From positions 248,001 to 312,000 of the forward strand of contig OW569356.1 of NCBI GenBank assembly GCA_937625935.1: a DNA stretch of 64,000 bases, written 5' to 3'. The position numbers were made by a program, and so were the translations under genes. Positions 19,815-28,815 of this stretch are shown piece after piece (positions within the stretch are counted from its first letter, which is position 1; every line of letters begins with the position of its first letter). This stretch comes from Tetramitus jugosus. Taxonomy: Eukaryota; Protista; Heterolobosea. Under the pieces are notes generated by a model that saw only the letters and a program-made list of their open reading frames with translations, was not told where the DNA came from and searched no databases.

Positions 19815-22664
19815 ATGAACAATTCCAACAACAACAGCAACAACAATAGTAGCAGCAATAGCAGCAACATGAATCAAGCGTCATTGGTACTTGATGACAA
19901 TGATATTCCTCATCATCATCATCATCCCTTTCATCATCAGGACTTTTTCATAGATGATGATGATAGTGACCTTGATTTTTTGCATGATGATTTCGAAGGC
20001 ACTAATAATAACAATGATGATGATGATGAAGAACACAATGCTCACACTGATACTGACATTGATTTTGATGAAGAAGATGATGTTGAAGATTTTTTTACTA
20101 GAAGAAGAAGAGGAAGAAGCAACAGTGGAATTATCAACAACAACAACAACAACATCCATAATCATCGAAGAACGAGTCACATTTCCATTCATGATGATGA
20201 TGATGATGATGAGAGTGAAAATTTAAATGTTCCATCCTACAGCAGTGACAGTGATGATGATGATGTCATTCCTACAGCATCGTACAATAATCCATTTTCT
20301 CGACTCAACAATCATCATGTCATTGTATTGGATGATACACCATCTACAGATGAAAGACCATCTCATAACAGCAGCAACAGCACTACTACTACCACTATGA
20401 ATAGACTTGGAGGAACACATCGCTTCTTTGGTAGACATAATCATCATCATCATAATAATAATACGAACAACAATGATGATCGTTATTCTGTGGTTGAAAT
20501 ATTGGACGATGATGATGATGATGGCTCAGCAAGAACTACTACAACAAGACACGTGCCAACTACCGCTTCCACTTCCACTACTTCCACTACTTCCACTACC
20601 AGTAGCAATAGCAATAGCAGTAACAATAGTAATAGAGCAGTGACATCAAATGATGATTTGAGAAGTATATTCTCTAGGTTGCGCCGTGAAGAAGAACTAG
20701 AGGAAAGTCGAATGAACAATGCCACTCGAAGACGCCCTAGCAGTACTAACAATAATCAATGGCCAACAACAACAACAACAGCTCACAACAACCATTACCA
20801 CAATATTCACATGTTGCCTCATCAACAGAGAAGCACAAGAAATCACATTTACTTTGATCATCATTTGAATCATAGAAATCACATGACTCCCTCAGCTACT
20901 ACCACCACCACCACTGCCACCACTGCCACACCTTCTACTCACAATCATGCAACAACAACAACAACAGCACCAACAAATGCTCCTATTCGCACTCAACATC
21001 ACTACATTAATCCTCATGTCAATCGACAGAGAAATAGCATGTTGGATGCTCTTCTAATGGGCTACACTGTTGCTACTCCTACTGCTACCACTACCCCTGC
21101 TGCTGCCACTGATGCTGCTGCTGCTACTGCTACTGCTGCATCATCAACTACAAGCACCAACAATGATGATACTGATGCTGAGAATGCACTGTTGAGAAGT
21201 TTGATGATTGAAGACATGTTGGCCAGAAGACAACTACTCTCTCGACGATTGAGACAATATGATACAACTGCCTCTGCTACTACTCCGGCCACTCCTCCCA
21301 CTCCCACCACTGTCACCACTACTGCCACTACTACCAACAACAACAACAACAATACTCATAATAGCGCTATTGACCCAATGACAGCCACTCCTGCTGCCAC
21401 TGCCGCAACATCACCTCCATTCTCTCTACTCTTTCCATTTGCTCACCATACTCATCCTCATCACATCCACCACACTGATCCACAACACAATAATACAATG
21501 AACACTCATCATCGTCATCGTCATCACCCACATCATCATCATCATCATCATCCAGCAAATGCATTCACTACGACGACCACGACCACGACTAGACTTCAAC
21601 CATACAATCGTCATCATGCATTCTTGCACAGATTTGGAGCACTGGACAATCATTTTGGTATGATGAATGACAATCATCATGGTATGGCACATCATCATCA
21701 TCACCATCGCCGTCCCAACAACCTTCACGCACTGCACTTTGTTGATCGAGATTTCGACGAAAGAGATTATGAAATGTTGTTGATGCTCGATGAAGGATTG
21801 CCCAATCGCAAGATTACACCCGAATCAGATTTGAAAACATTCTTGAAGCAAAAAGTGATTGAACAGGGCGATTTGGATGATCAAGTGAGGTGTTCCATTT
21901 GTCTCGTCGATTGGGAATTGAATGAGACGGTCAAGGAACTGCCATGTCATCACTTGTTTCACTCAGAGTGCATTGAACAGTGGCTCAAAAAGTACAATAA
22001 CACGTGTCCAATCTGTAAGCAGACTCTGGCTGAGGCGCATGAAAAGAGTGTGAGTAAACAAGCAATAGTCGATGAGAAGGGCAAGAGTCATCATGACGAT
22101 GGCGATCAACTACAGAGTGAAAACAATAATGACAATCACAGGGAGAAGAAGAGAACGTATATTCGATTCAAGAGACCTCATCACTCCTCCACTGCTACCA
22201 CTACCACCGCCAACAGTAGCAGCGGAAGTAATAGCTCATCCAGTGCACCATCACGTGCTGAGAGACCAAAGATGATGGTCAGACCTCGAATACGTCCAAT
22301 CACTGCTGACTCTAACCATGGTAGCAGTTCTACTAGTAGCACCAGCAGTGGTGCAAGTAGTAGCTCGACTGCTGCTGAACATGTCTCAGGATCGCACCGT
22401 TTGCTCAGACAACCTCGAAGAAGAACTGCCGATCGTGCAACAATTGATGAACAGCAACAAGGTAATCATGCTGCAACTTCCATCAGTGATTCCAACCACC
22501 AGGACACTCATCACCGTCAACACCACCACCATTCCCTCTCCTCCTCATCCAATAGAAGAAGACCCAGAAGTGAACAACAAGCTGTAAATAACAATGAAGA
22601 TGCAGACGACCAAGAATACCGCCAGCGTTCAACAACAAGAGATAAGAGAAGAAGACATCACTAG
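19815..22664 (+). CDS. RING-H2 E3 ubiquitin ligase with long His/Asn/Thr/Asp low-complexity regions
   Basis: DFDERDYEMLLMLDE followed by CSIC..LPCHHLFHSECIEQWL..CPIC. First ATG is at 19815 (ORF open from 19698). Confidence 0.85.
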   Translation: MNNSNNNSNNNSSSNSSNMNQASLVLDDNDIPHHHHHPFHHQDFFIDDDDSDLDFLHDDFEGTNNNNDDDDEEHNAHTDTDIDFDEEDDVEDFFTRRRRGRSNSGIINNNNNNIHNHRRTSHISIHDDDDDDESENLNVPSYSSDSDDDDVIPTASYNNPFSRLNNHHVIVLDDTPSTDERPSHNSSNSTTTTTMNRLGGTHRFFGRHNHHHHNNNTNNNDDRYSVVEILDDDDDDGSARTTTTRHVPTTASTSTTSTTSTTSSNSNSSNNSNRAVTSNDDLRSIFSRLRREEELEESRMNNATRRRPSSTNNNQWPTTTTTAHNNHYHNIHMLPHQQRSTRNHIYFDHHLNHRNHMTPSATTTTTTATTATPSTHNHATTTTTAPTNAPIRTQHHYINPHVNRQRNSMLDALLMGYTVATPTATTTPAAATDAAAATATAASSTTSTNNDDTDAENALLRSLMIEDMLARRQLLSRRLRQYDTTASATTPATPPTPTTVTTTATTTNNNNNNTHNSAIDPMTATPAATAATSPPFSLLFPFAHHTHPHHIHHTDPQHNNTMNTHHRHRHHPHHHHHHHPANAFTTTTTTTTRLQPYNRHHAFLHRFGALDNHFGMMNDNHHGMAHHHHHHRRPNNLHALHFVDRDFDERDYEMLLMLDEGLPNRKITPESDLKTFLKQKVIEQGDLDDQVRCSICLVDWELNETVKELPCHHLFHSECIEQWLKKYNNTCPICKQTLAEAHEKSVSKQAIVDEKGKSHHDDGDQLQSENNNDNHREKKRTYIRFKRPHHSSTATTTTANSSSGSNSSSSAPSRAERPKMMVRPRIRPITADSNHGSSSTSSTSSGASSSSTAAEHVSGSHRLLRQPRRRTADRATIDEQQQGNHAATSISDSNHQDTHHRQHHHHSLSSSSNRRRPRSEQQAVNNNEDADDQEYRQRSTTRDKRRRHH

Positions 22665-22851
22665 ACATGATTGAAACAAGTTGACTCTGGACCGTCAATA
22701 ACATTCTAGGCGAAGTTATTACGGATAAAAGGTATCAATTCTCCGCGTAAATCTCTCTTCATTCCCAAAAGTGTTGGAAACTGCGCAATAAATCTTCTTG
22801 CACCGCAAACAACAACAAAAATTGATAAAATAAACACAGTGAGAATTGAAA

Positions 22852-23826
22852 ATGTATCGTCATATCCAGCGGCACTTGACAAGGAGTGTTACACATTCAA
22901 TGAAGATCAATCACTATCCAATTCACCAATCATCATCATCATCATATGATTATGCGGCAATGATGATGGTCACCACTTCCCAGTATCATCATTTATCATC
23001 ATCATCATCACGTCCATCAGCAACCACGTTCATCATCAAATGTAAAAGACCATTTTGCACAAGTTTGACTCGTTCACAACAGCAACAGCAACACACGAAT
23101 GAACAACAGCAGCAACCACCACATCAGCAACAGCAGCAGTCAGACTCCTCCACCATTTCGATCATGAACCATGACATGACGCCAACTCAATCTCATCATC
23201 ATTCCAACAGCATGACACCATCCACACAAGACAATCATGTCACGCAATCATCATCTGCACCATCAGACACACCATCAGACACAACAACAGAATCATCATC
23301 ATCATCATTAGACACGAATGATCAACAACAAGATCTTGACAAGAAGAAGAAAAAGAGACGTCGATTGGTTCCACTGAGAGAACCATTCAAATTGACACAA
23401 GCGGCAGCCAATCGCGTACTTGACCTACTCTCTCATCAAGACAACGCAGTCGGTCTCAAAGTATCAGTCAATCGACGTGGTTGCAACGGTCTGACCACTG
23501 TTCTCGACTATGTGTACAGCGATAACATTCCAAAGTTTCATGAAGAAGTGACGGACAAGAGTGGAGTCAAGATTTATGTGGAACCGTCGGCTCTCATGTA
23601 CGTCATTGGAACAGTCATGGACTATGTGGATGATGAAGTGAGAAGTGAATTTGTGTTTCACAATCCGAATGCACAGAGTCAGTGCGGTTGTGGTGAATCG
23701 GTCAGCGTACCAGACAAGGTGGCCAAGACGAACCAGAAGGCAATTGATTTGTTCAAACAAGTATCATCACACACATTGTCTGATGCGGCGGATCAACCAA
23801 CAATAAAGGAGGAGCGACACGTTTAA
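22852..23826 (+). CDS. ISCA1: Mitochondrial A-type Fe-S cluster carrier IscA/ISCA1
   Basis: RRGCNGL, GTVMDYVDD, SEFVFHNPNA..CGCGES; long N-terminal presequence-like/low-complexity region. Confidence 0.9.
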   Translation: MYRHIQRHLTRSVTHSMKINHYPIHQSSSSSYDYAAMMMVTTSQYHHLSSSSSRPSATTFIIKCKRPFCTSLTRSQQQQQHTNEQQQQPPHQQQQQSDSSTISIMNHDMTPTQSHHHSNSMTPSTQDNHVTQSSSAPSDTPSDTTTESSSSSLDTNDQQQDLDKKKKKRRRLVPLREPFKLTQAAANRVLDLLSHQDNAVGLKVSVNRRGCNGLTTVLDYVYSDNIPKFHEEVTDKSGVKIYVEPSALMYVIGTVMDYVDDEVRSEFVFHNPNAQSQCGCGESVSVPDKVAKTNQKAIDLFKQVSSHTLSDAADQPTIKEERHV

Positions 23827-23892
23827 ATGAACTCTTTTTTAAGAAAAATTGAATTTTGTAATGGGTGTGGATCATCGCAGAAGAACTCCTTA

Positions 23893-25482
23893 TCATATGA
23901 ATTGTTTCTTGCCAGCAGAAAAGGAACACTCTCCAATCACAAATCCACCAGTGCCATTGCCTGCTTCATCGTCGTCATCTTGATCAACGGTTGATGAAAC
24001 ATGTCTTCGGCTCTTGGAAATGGACACTTTTGTGCTTGTTGTTGTTGATGAATTAGAATCCGTGTGAAACACTGAGCTGTTGACACGTGACTTGATCTTC
24101 TTGAATCGATCCATGGGCACTTCTGCTCCCATGACAAACAACACTTCCTTTCCACTGAGTGCACCCATTCGAGCACATTGTTGCAATGAATAACCCTGGA
24201 GGTAGGCATAGATGAAACCAGAGGCAAACAAGTCACCTGCACCAGTGGTATCCACTGGATTCTGAACCACATCGGCTGGACACTGATACTTTTCATTGCC
24301 TGATTTGACCCAACAACCATCCTTGCCCATCATGACCACAGCCACCTTGCAAAACTTTGCCAAATAATCAACACATTGCTCTGCAATGGCAATATGGTTA
24401 CTATTGCTATTGTTGTTGCTGCTGTTTTGATTGCTATTGTTGTTGTTGTTTTGATTGTTGCCATTGGCTTCATGATAACCATCCTGATAGGACACACCCA
24501 TGAGTTCTCTGGCTTCTTCACTATTGGAAAACACAATGTCCACATAGTTTCTCAACATGTCCAACAAGAGTGGTTTGAATTGACGAACAAGTTCAAAACT
24601 ACCCAAATCAAACGATACCATGGACTGATTCTGTTTGGCCAATTGCATGGCTCTCAATGTCAATGGCTGATTGTAAATGCTGTATCCTTCCACGTGCAAC
24701 AATGACAAGTGAGCAAAATCCTGTGGCAACAAATCATCCAGTGTCATTTCGAGTGATGCACCAAGGAATGCCTTCATGGTTCTCTCTCCATTGGGTGTAA
24801 TGAGACAAATGACTTCACCCGTCTTTTCACTCATGGATTCAGTCATGAGAGGAATGATGCCCCTCTGTTGCATACTGTCCTTGTACAGTTGACCTACTTG
24901 ATCCTTGCCAATCTTGCCAATGAATCCACACTTTTCACCAAATGAGGCCAATCCCTTGATCGTGTTGGCACAACTGCCACCAGGAACAATAATGGCTTGC
25001 TTGACATGGGATTGCACTGGCAGTTCATGAGGAGTCAATTGATAATAGTATGGACTGGTGGGAGAGAGTGGTTTCATGATGGTGGATCCATCGGTATTGT
25101 TGTTATTGTTATTGTTGTGAGTAGTAGTAGAAATGGAGAGACTGGTGGTGAGTGAGGAACGAAGGGCATGCTTGTTCAGAGTCGTCAATGATTGTTGATT
25201 GGACGCAGCAGCACTTGTCAACAATTTATCATCCTCATCATCATCATCATTGCATGAAGAGTCACTGTCATCAGACGATGAAGAAGAATCAGCGACAACA
25301 CCGGACAACTCGGACAATACTTGCTCCAATTTGGATTTGAACGCATCTAGTTCCTGAGCAGTGTTGAACAGTGAAGAACCACCTCTCTCGGTCATACCCA
25401 TCCGGACCATCACTTCCTCATCCACTTGCAATATTCTGTCCAATAGTGGTTGACCTAATCCTAATACTCTGTATGATGACAT
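23893..25482 (-). CDS. pfkB-family carbohydrate/nucleoside kinase (adenosine kinase-like)
   Basis: GGSCANT, GKIGKD..G, GERTM, VDIVFSNSEEA, VDTTGAGDLFASGF. Confidence 0.9.
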   Translation of the reverse strand: MSSYRVLGLGQPLLDRILQVDEEVMVRMGMTERGGSSLFNTAQELDAFKSKLEQVLSELSGVVADSSSSSDDSDSSCNDDDDEDDKLLTSAAASNQQSLTTLNKHALRSSLTTSLSISTTTHNNNNNNNTDGSTIMKPLSPTSPYYYQLTPHELPVQSHVKQAIIVPGGSCANTIKGLASFGEKCGFIGKIGKDQVGQLYKDSMQQRGIIPLMTESMSEKTGEVICLITPNGERTMKAFLGASLEMTLDDLLPQDFAHLSLLHVEGYSIYNQPLTLRAMQLAKQNQSMVSFDLGSFELVRQFKPLLLDMLRNYVDIVFSNSEEARELMGVSYQDGYHEANGNNQNNNNNSNQNSSNNNSNSNHIAIAEQCVDYLAKFCKVAVVMMGKDGCWVKSGNEKYQCPADVVQNPVDTTGAGDLFASGFIYAYLQGYSLQQCARMGALSGKEVLFVMGAEVPMDRFKKIKSRVNSSVFHTDSNSSTTTSTKVSISKSRRHVSSTVDQDDDDEAGNGTGGFVIGECSFSAGKKQFI

Positions 25483-26040
25483 GATGTGTTTCGATGTGTG
25501 TGTTGAATCTTTTTGGCAAAGAATGAGACCTGAGAGTGTAGTACTTTAGGGAGGGAGGGAGGCAGAACGTTCAGTCCAACAGTTTGAATGTTGTTGTTGT
25601 TTGTTTGTTTTGCGGCCTCCTAACAAGTGTCTCTCAGGTTGTGTGAAAAGCCGATATTTCTTTCAGATGCAGCAGAGACGCTGCGTGTGGTGGTGCTTCA
25701 ATGTTGAAGTCACCCGGAGAAATAGAAAAAATTACAACAGGAGATGGGTTCGGGATTCCATGGTCCACGCAAATTCAAAGGCCATTCCAATTGATCCTTT
25801 TGGGCCAAAGATCCGACTTCGAAACGTCATCTGCAATTTACAGCTGTACCGAACCAACAAAATGTCAAGACAACAATATGGAAAAAAGAAAACCGGGCAT
25901 GTATTGCACTTCAAAAATGTCTCACGTTAAAAAATAGATCACAACAATCACACATCGAAGTAATCAGCTAGCAAAAATGGCCACACATCACCATCGCGGT
26001 GTGCGTGGATACAACCATCATTTCCATGATGGATATCAAT

Positions 26041-27756
26041 CTATAGAACACGCTTCTTCTTCTTCTTTGATGGTTGTTTCTTCTGCTCTTGTTGTTGTTG
26101 TTGTTGTTCCTGTTGTTGTTGGTTCATGATCATTTGATTCAGTGAATGATTGGTTCTCGGAGGGATGGAGAGTCCCAACTGTTGAACTTGTTCTCTGCCT
26201 GCGAATGAATAGTGATGATTTGTCATCGTAATTGCATTACATAGACTGGTGCTTCTGTTCTTGTTGCGCTGAGTGTCTGTTGATAGATGGTCCATTTCTA
26301 GCTCATCACCCCGATATTCATCTACAGCATAGTCAATCTTCTTCTCTTTCTTGTTCTTCTTATTCTTCTTGTCATGACTGTTGCTCGAGAACGGAGAAGG
26401 AATGGCATCATCATCAGTAGTAGTTGATGATGATGTCGGTGATGAAGATAGAATTCTGGACAAGTACGATAAATCCTCCTTGTCCTTCTCACTCATGCTA
26501 ATTGCGATACCAAATTGAGGATCGACACGAGGTGCTGTTGTTGTAGTACTGCTGCTACTATTGTCTGGAGGTACTACTTGATCATCAGCAGCGGCAGACG
26601 AAACAACAATTGTAATGGGCTGCAATGGCATTGTTGCATTGGACTCTGATGCGGCTGGAGGAGGAGAGCGCGCAGAGTCAGGTCCAGATGGCATGACAAT
26701 GGAAGGTATCACAATCACTTCAGTTGTGTTTTTGACCATGATGGCATCGTTGTTTGGATTGATGATACTGCATGATGATGATGATGATGGCGATGACTCG
26801 TCTTGCTGTTCCATGACTTCCATTGTTCTGGGAGATACGGCAGGTGAGATGCAATCAACAGTGGCAGAGGAACAAGTGGAGGATGATGCAGTGTCTTCAG
26901 CAGCAGTGGTTGTTGCCGTAGTCAATTCAGTCAGTGTATGAGTCAGAGTGTTCATGGTAATCTTGCCCAGTGATGTCGTGCCTCTTCTAATTCTCTTGAA
27001 CGACGTCGAGATGGATGACGACATGGATGAAGACGAGGACGAAGACGATGTCAAATCAGCATCAGGCACTGCCAGTGGTTCACACGGCTCCAATGTCAAC
27101 TTTCTACCAGAATTAACAGAGTCAATCATCTTTCTGAGCACGGTGACCCATTTGTATGCTTCTTCACATGTCTCACACTGCAACAGAATCATCTTTCCGG
27201 ATCCGGATATGAACTGGAATTGATTGTTCACATTGATGCGTGGAGATGAATCACCACCACTATTGCCACCACCACTGTCACCACCACCACTACCCGTGCC
27301 AGTCGTCTTACTACTATTATTGGTCGTATTGTCATGATGGTTCACTGCCACCACCATTTCTGCAATGGAATTCTTGTAGACAAAACTGCCTCTGGGCTTC
27401 TTGTTCTTCATGTACGACTTTTCACTCTTGTACCAACACAGTTTGTACTTTTTGGCAACAAAGTACTCTGATTTCCACTTGTTGAAGAAGATTGCCTTTC
27501 TGAGTGCATAACCTCTCATGTAATCATTCTTCTTTTCGGATGCGGGTGACTGAGGTCGAATGTCTTGCGCAAAGGAGGGAGCAGAGGACGGAGGTGCAGA
27601 TTTTGATCTTCTCATCTTGTTGTTGTAGGTGAGGTTGCTCTTCTTTGATGTTGGTTGTTGACTACTGTTGTTGTTATTCAGGCTACCAATGGAAACTGTA
27701 GGTGTGCAGTCAACCGCTGCTGTTGCATTCCTCTTTCTGGGACTTAGGAGTAACAT
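26041..27756 (-). CDS. PH-domain protein with disordered C-terminus
   Basis: GYALRK..FFNKWKSEYF..LCWYK..KPRG..EEAYKWVTVL fits a PH fold; Ser-rich tail. Confidence 0.8.
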   Translation of the reverse strand: MLLLSPRKRNATAAVDCTPTVSIGSLNNNNSSQQPTSKKSNLTYNNKMRRSKSAPPSSAPSFAQDIRPQSPASEKKNDYMRGYALRKAIFFNKWKSEYFVAKKYKLCWYKSEKSYMKNKKPRGSFVYKNSIAEMVVAVNHHDNTTNNSSKTTGTGSGGGDSGGGNSGGDSSPRINVNNQFQFISGSGKMILLQCETCEEAYKWVTVLRKMIDSVNSGRKLTLEPCEPLAVPDADLTSSSSSSSSMSSSISTSFKRIRRGTTSLGKITMNTLTHTLTELTTATTTAAEDTASSSTCSSATVDCISPAVSPRTMEVMEQQDESSPSSSSSCSIINPNNDAIMVKNTTEVIVIPSIVMPSGPDSARSPPPAASESNATMPLQPITIVVSSAAADDQVVPPDNSSSSTTTTAPRVDPQFGIAISMSEKDKEDLSYLSRILSSSPTSSSTTTDDDAIPSPFSSNSHDKKNKKNKKEKKIDYAVDEYRGDELEMDHLSTDTQRNKNRSTSLCNAITMTNHHYSFAGREQVQQLGLSIPPRTNHSLNQMIMNQQQQEQQQQQQEQKKQPSKKKKKRVL

Positions 27757-28815
27757 GTCTCTTGCTGTTTCAGTCAGATATCTTGTATCGAGTCAATAGA
27801 TATATGTATTGTATGTGTGCTCCTTCGTTGAAACAAATGGTGGTGTTGGTGTTTGTTGTGCGTCCCAATTGTTGTTGTTGTCTGCTTGAACTTGAAGATG
27901 CTGCGACAGTGACAAAAAAAAGATTCGGTCCTCCCGGGTCAAAAATGCTCCTCCATGGTTCTTTTGCCATTCGTGGGAAATCTGATGTGTCACCACAAGG
28001 ATTCTCTGATAATATGAGTCGATCCAAGTTGTATAACCTGATTATCTATTCCAATACCTTCCCTCAAGGCATCAATCAATTCACGACTATAGGTATTATT
28101 GGGATCTGAAAAGTTCAGCATTTTTGTCCAACGACCAACGTTCTTGAAGAGAATGCAAGCTAGGCAAAACAGTCCGGATTTGCTTTAATTGTGAAGAAGA
28201 TGAATACAGAGGAGTTATCGTGACGCGTCAGGGCAGGGCAAGCGCGAAGAAACAGCCGAATGCTGGGCATCACCGTAAAATGGAACATAAGCTCGGACTA
28301 GTACAAAAAACCGAACAATAATCGAACTTAAATAAGACTCAATTAACGAACACCAATAGGTATGGATAATTGAGCACTTAACACATATGATACTCAAATT
28401 CATTTATGTTAAGAACTCAATTATGCTTTTAATTTTTAAAGTTATCTTATTGTTTAGAAAGTGACTTTATTGATGAAATTAATCTGTACTCTTGTTTTAA
28501 ATTCCATTTAACATTAATAAATTAAAATAGCCTTCTCTTTTTTGCAGCAAGTCTCTCTTTGGTTTTCTTTGTCCTTAGTAGTGGCTCTGTGTTCCGTTGT
28601 CTGTTATTGTGTTAGCGAAAGAAGGAATGACTATCTGGTTCTTGATTTCCGGCTTTGCACAACAATCAAGAATGAGCAAGCCTGTTTCGTTATCATGGAA
28701 GATTATTCGTTGATTCTTTGCATCTTCCAGTTGTTTCCCTATTTATAGACAGACTCTGGCAGAAGCCAGCAAGAAAACAAAATCAACAACATCGCACCAA
28801 AAGCTGAGAGAGAGA

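Noticed and set aside
19881-22704. Many antisense or alternative-frame ORFs rich in M, V, I, C runs
   Set aside because: These are shadows of trinucleotide repeats in real genes.
25536-25543. GTGTAGTA (U2 branch-recognition sequence)
   Set aside because: No flanking U2 stem I or Sm site.
28358-28547. Possible AG-containing intron (GTATGG...TTTTTTGCAG) in AT-rich intergenic DNA
   Set aside because: No convincing flanking exons, and the donor lacks T+6. It should be checked in RNA-seq as a potential counter-example to the AG-exclusion rule.
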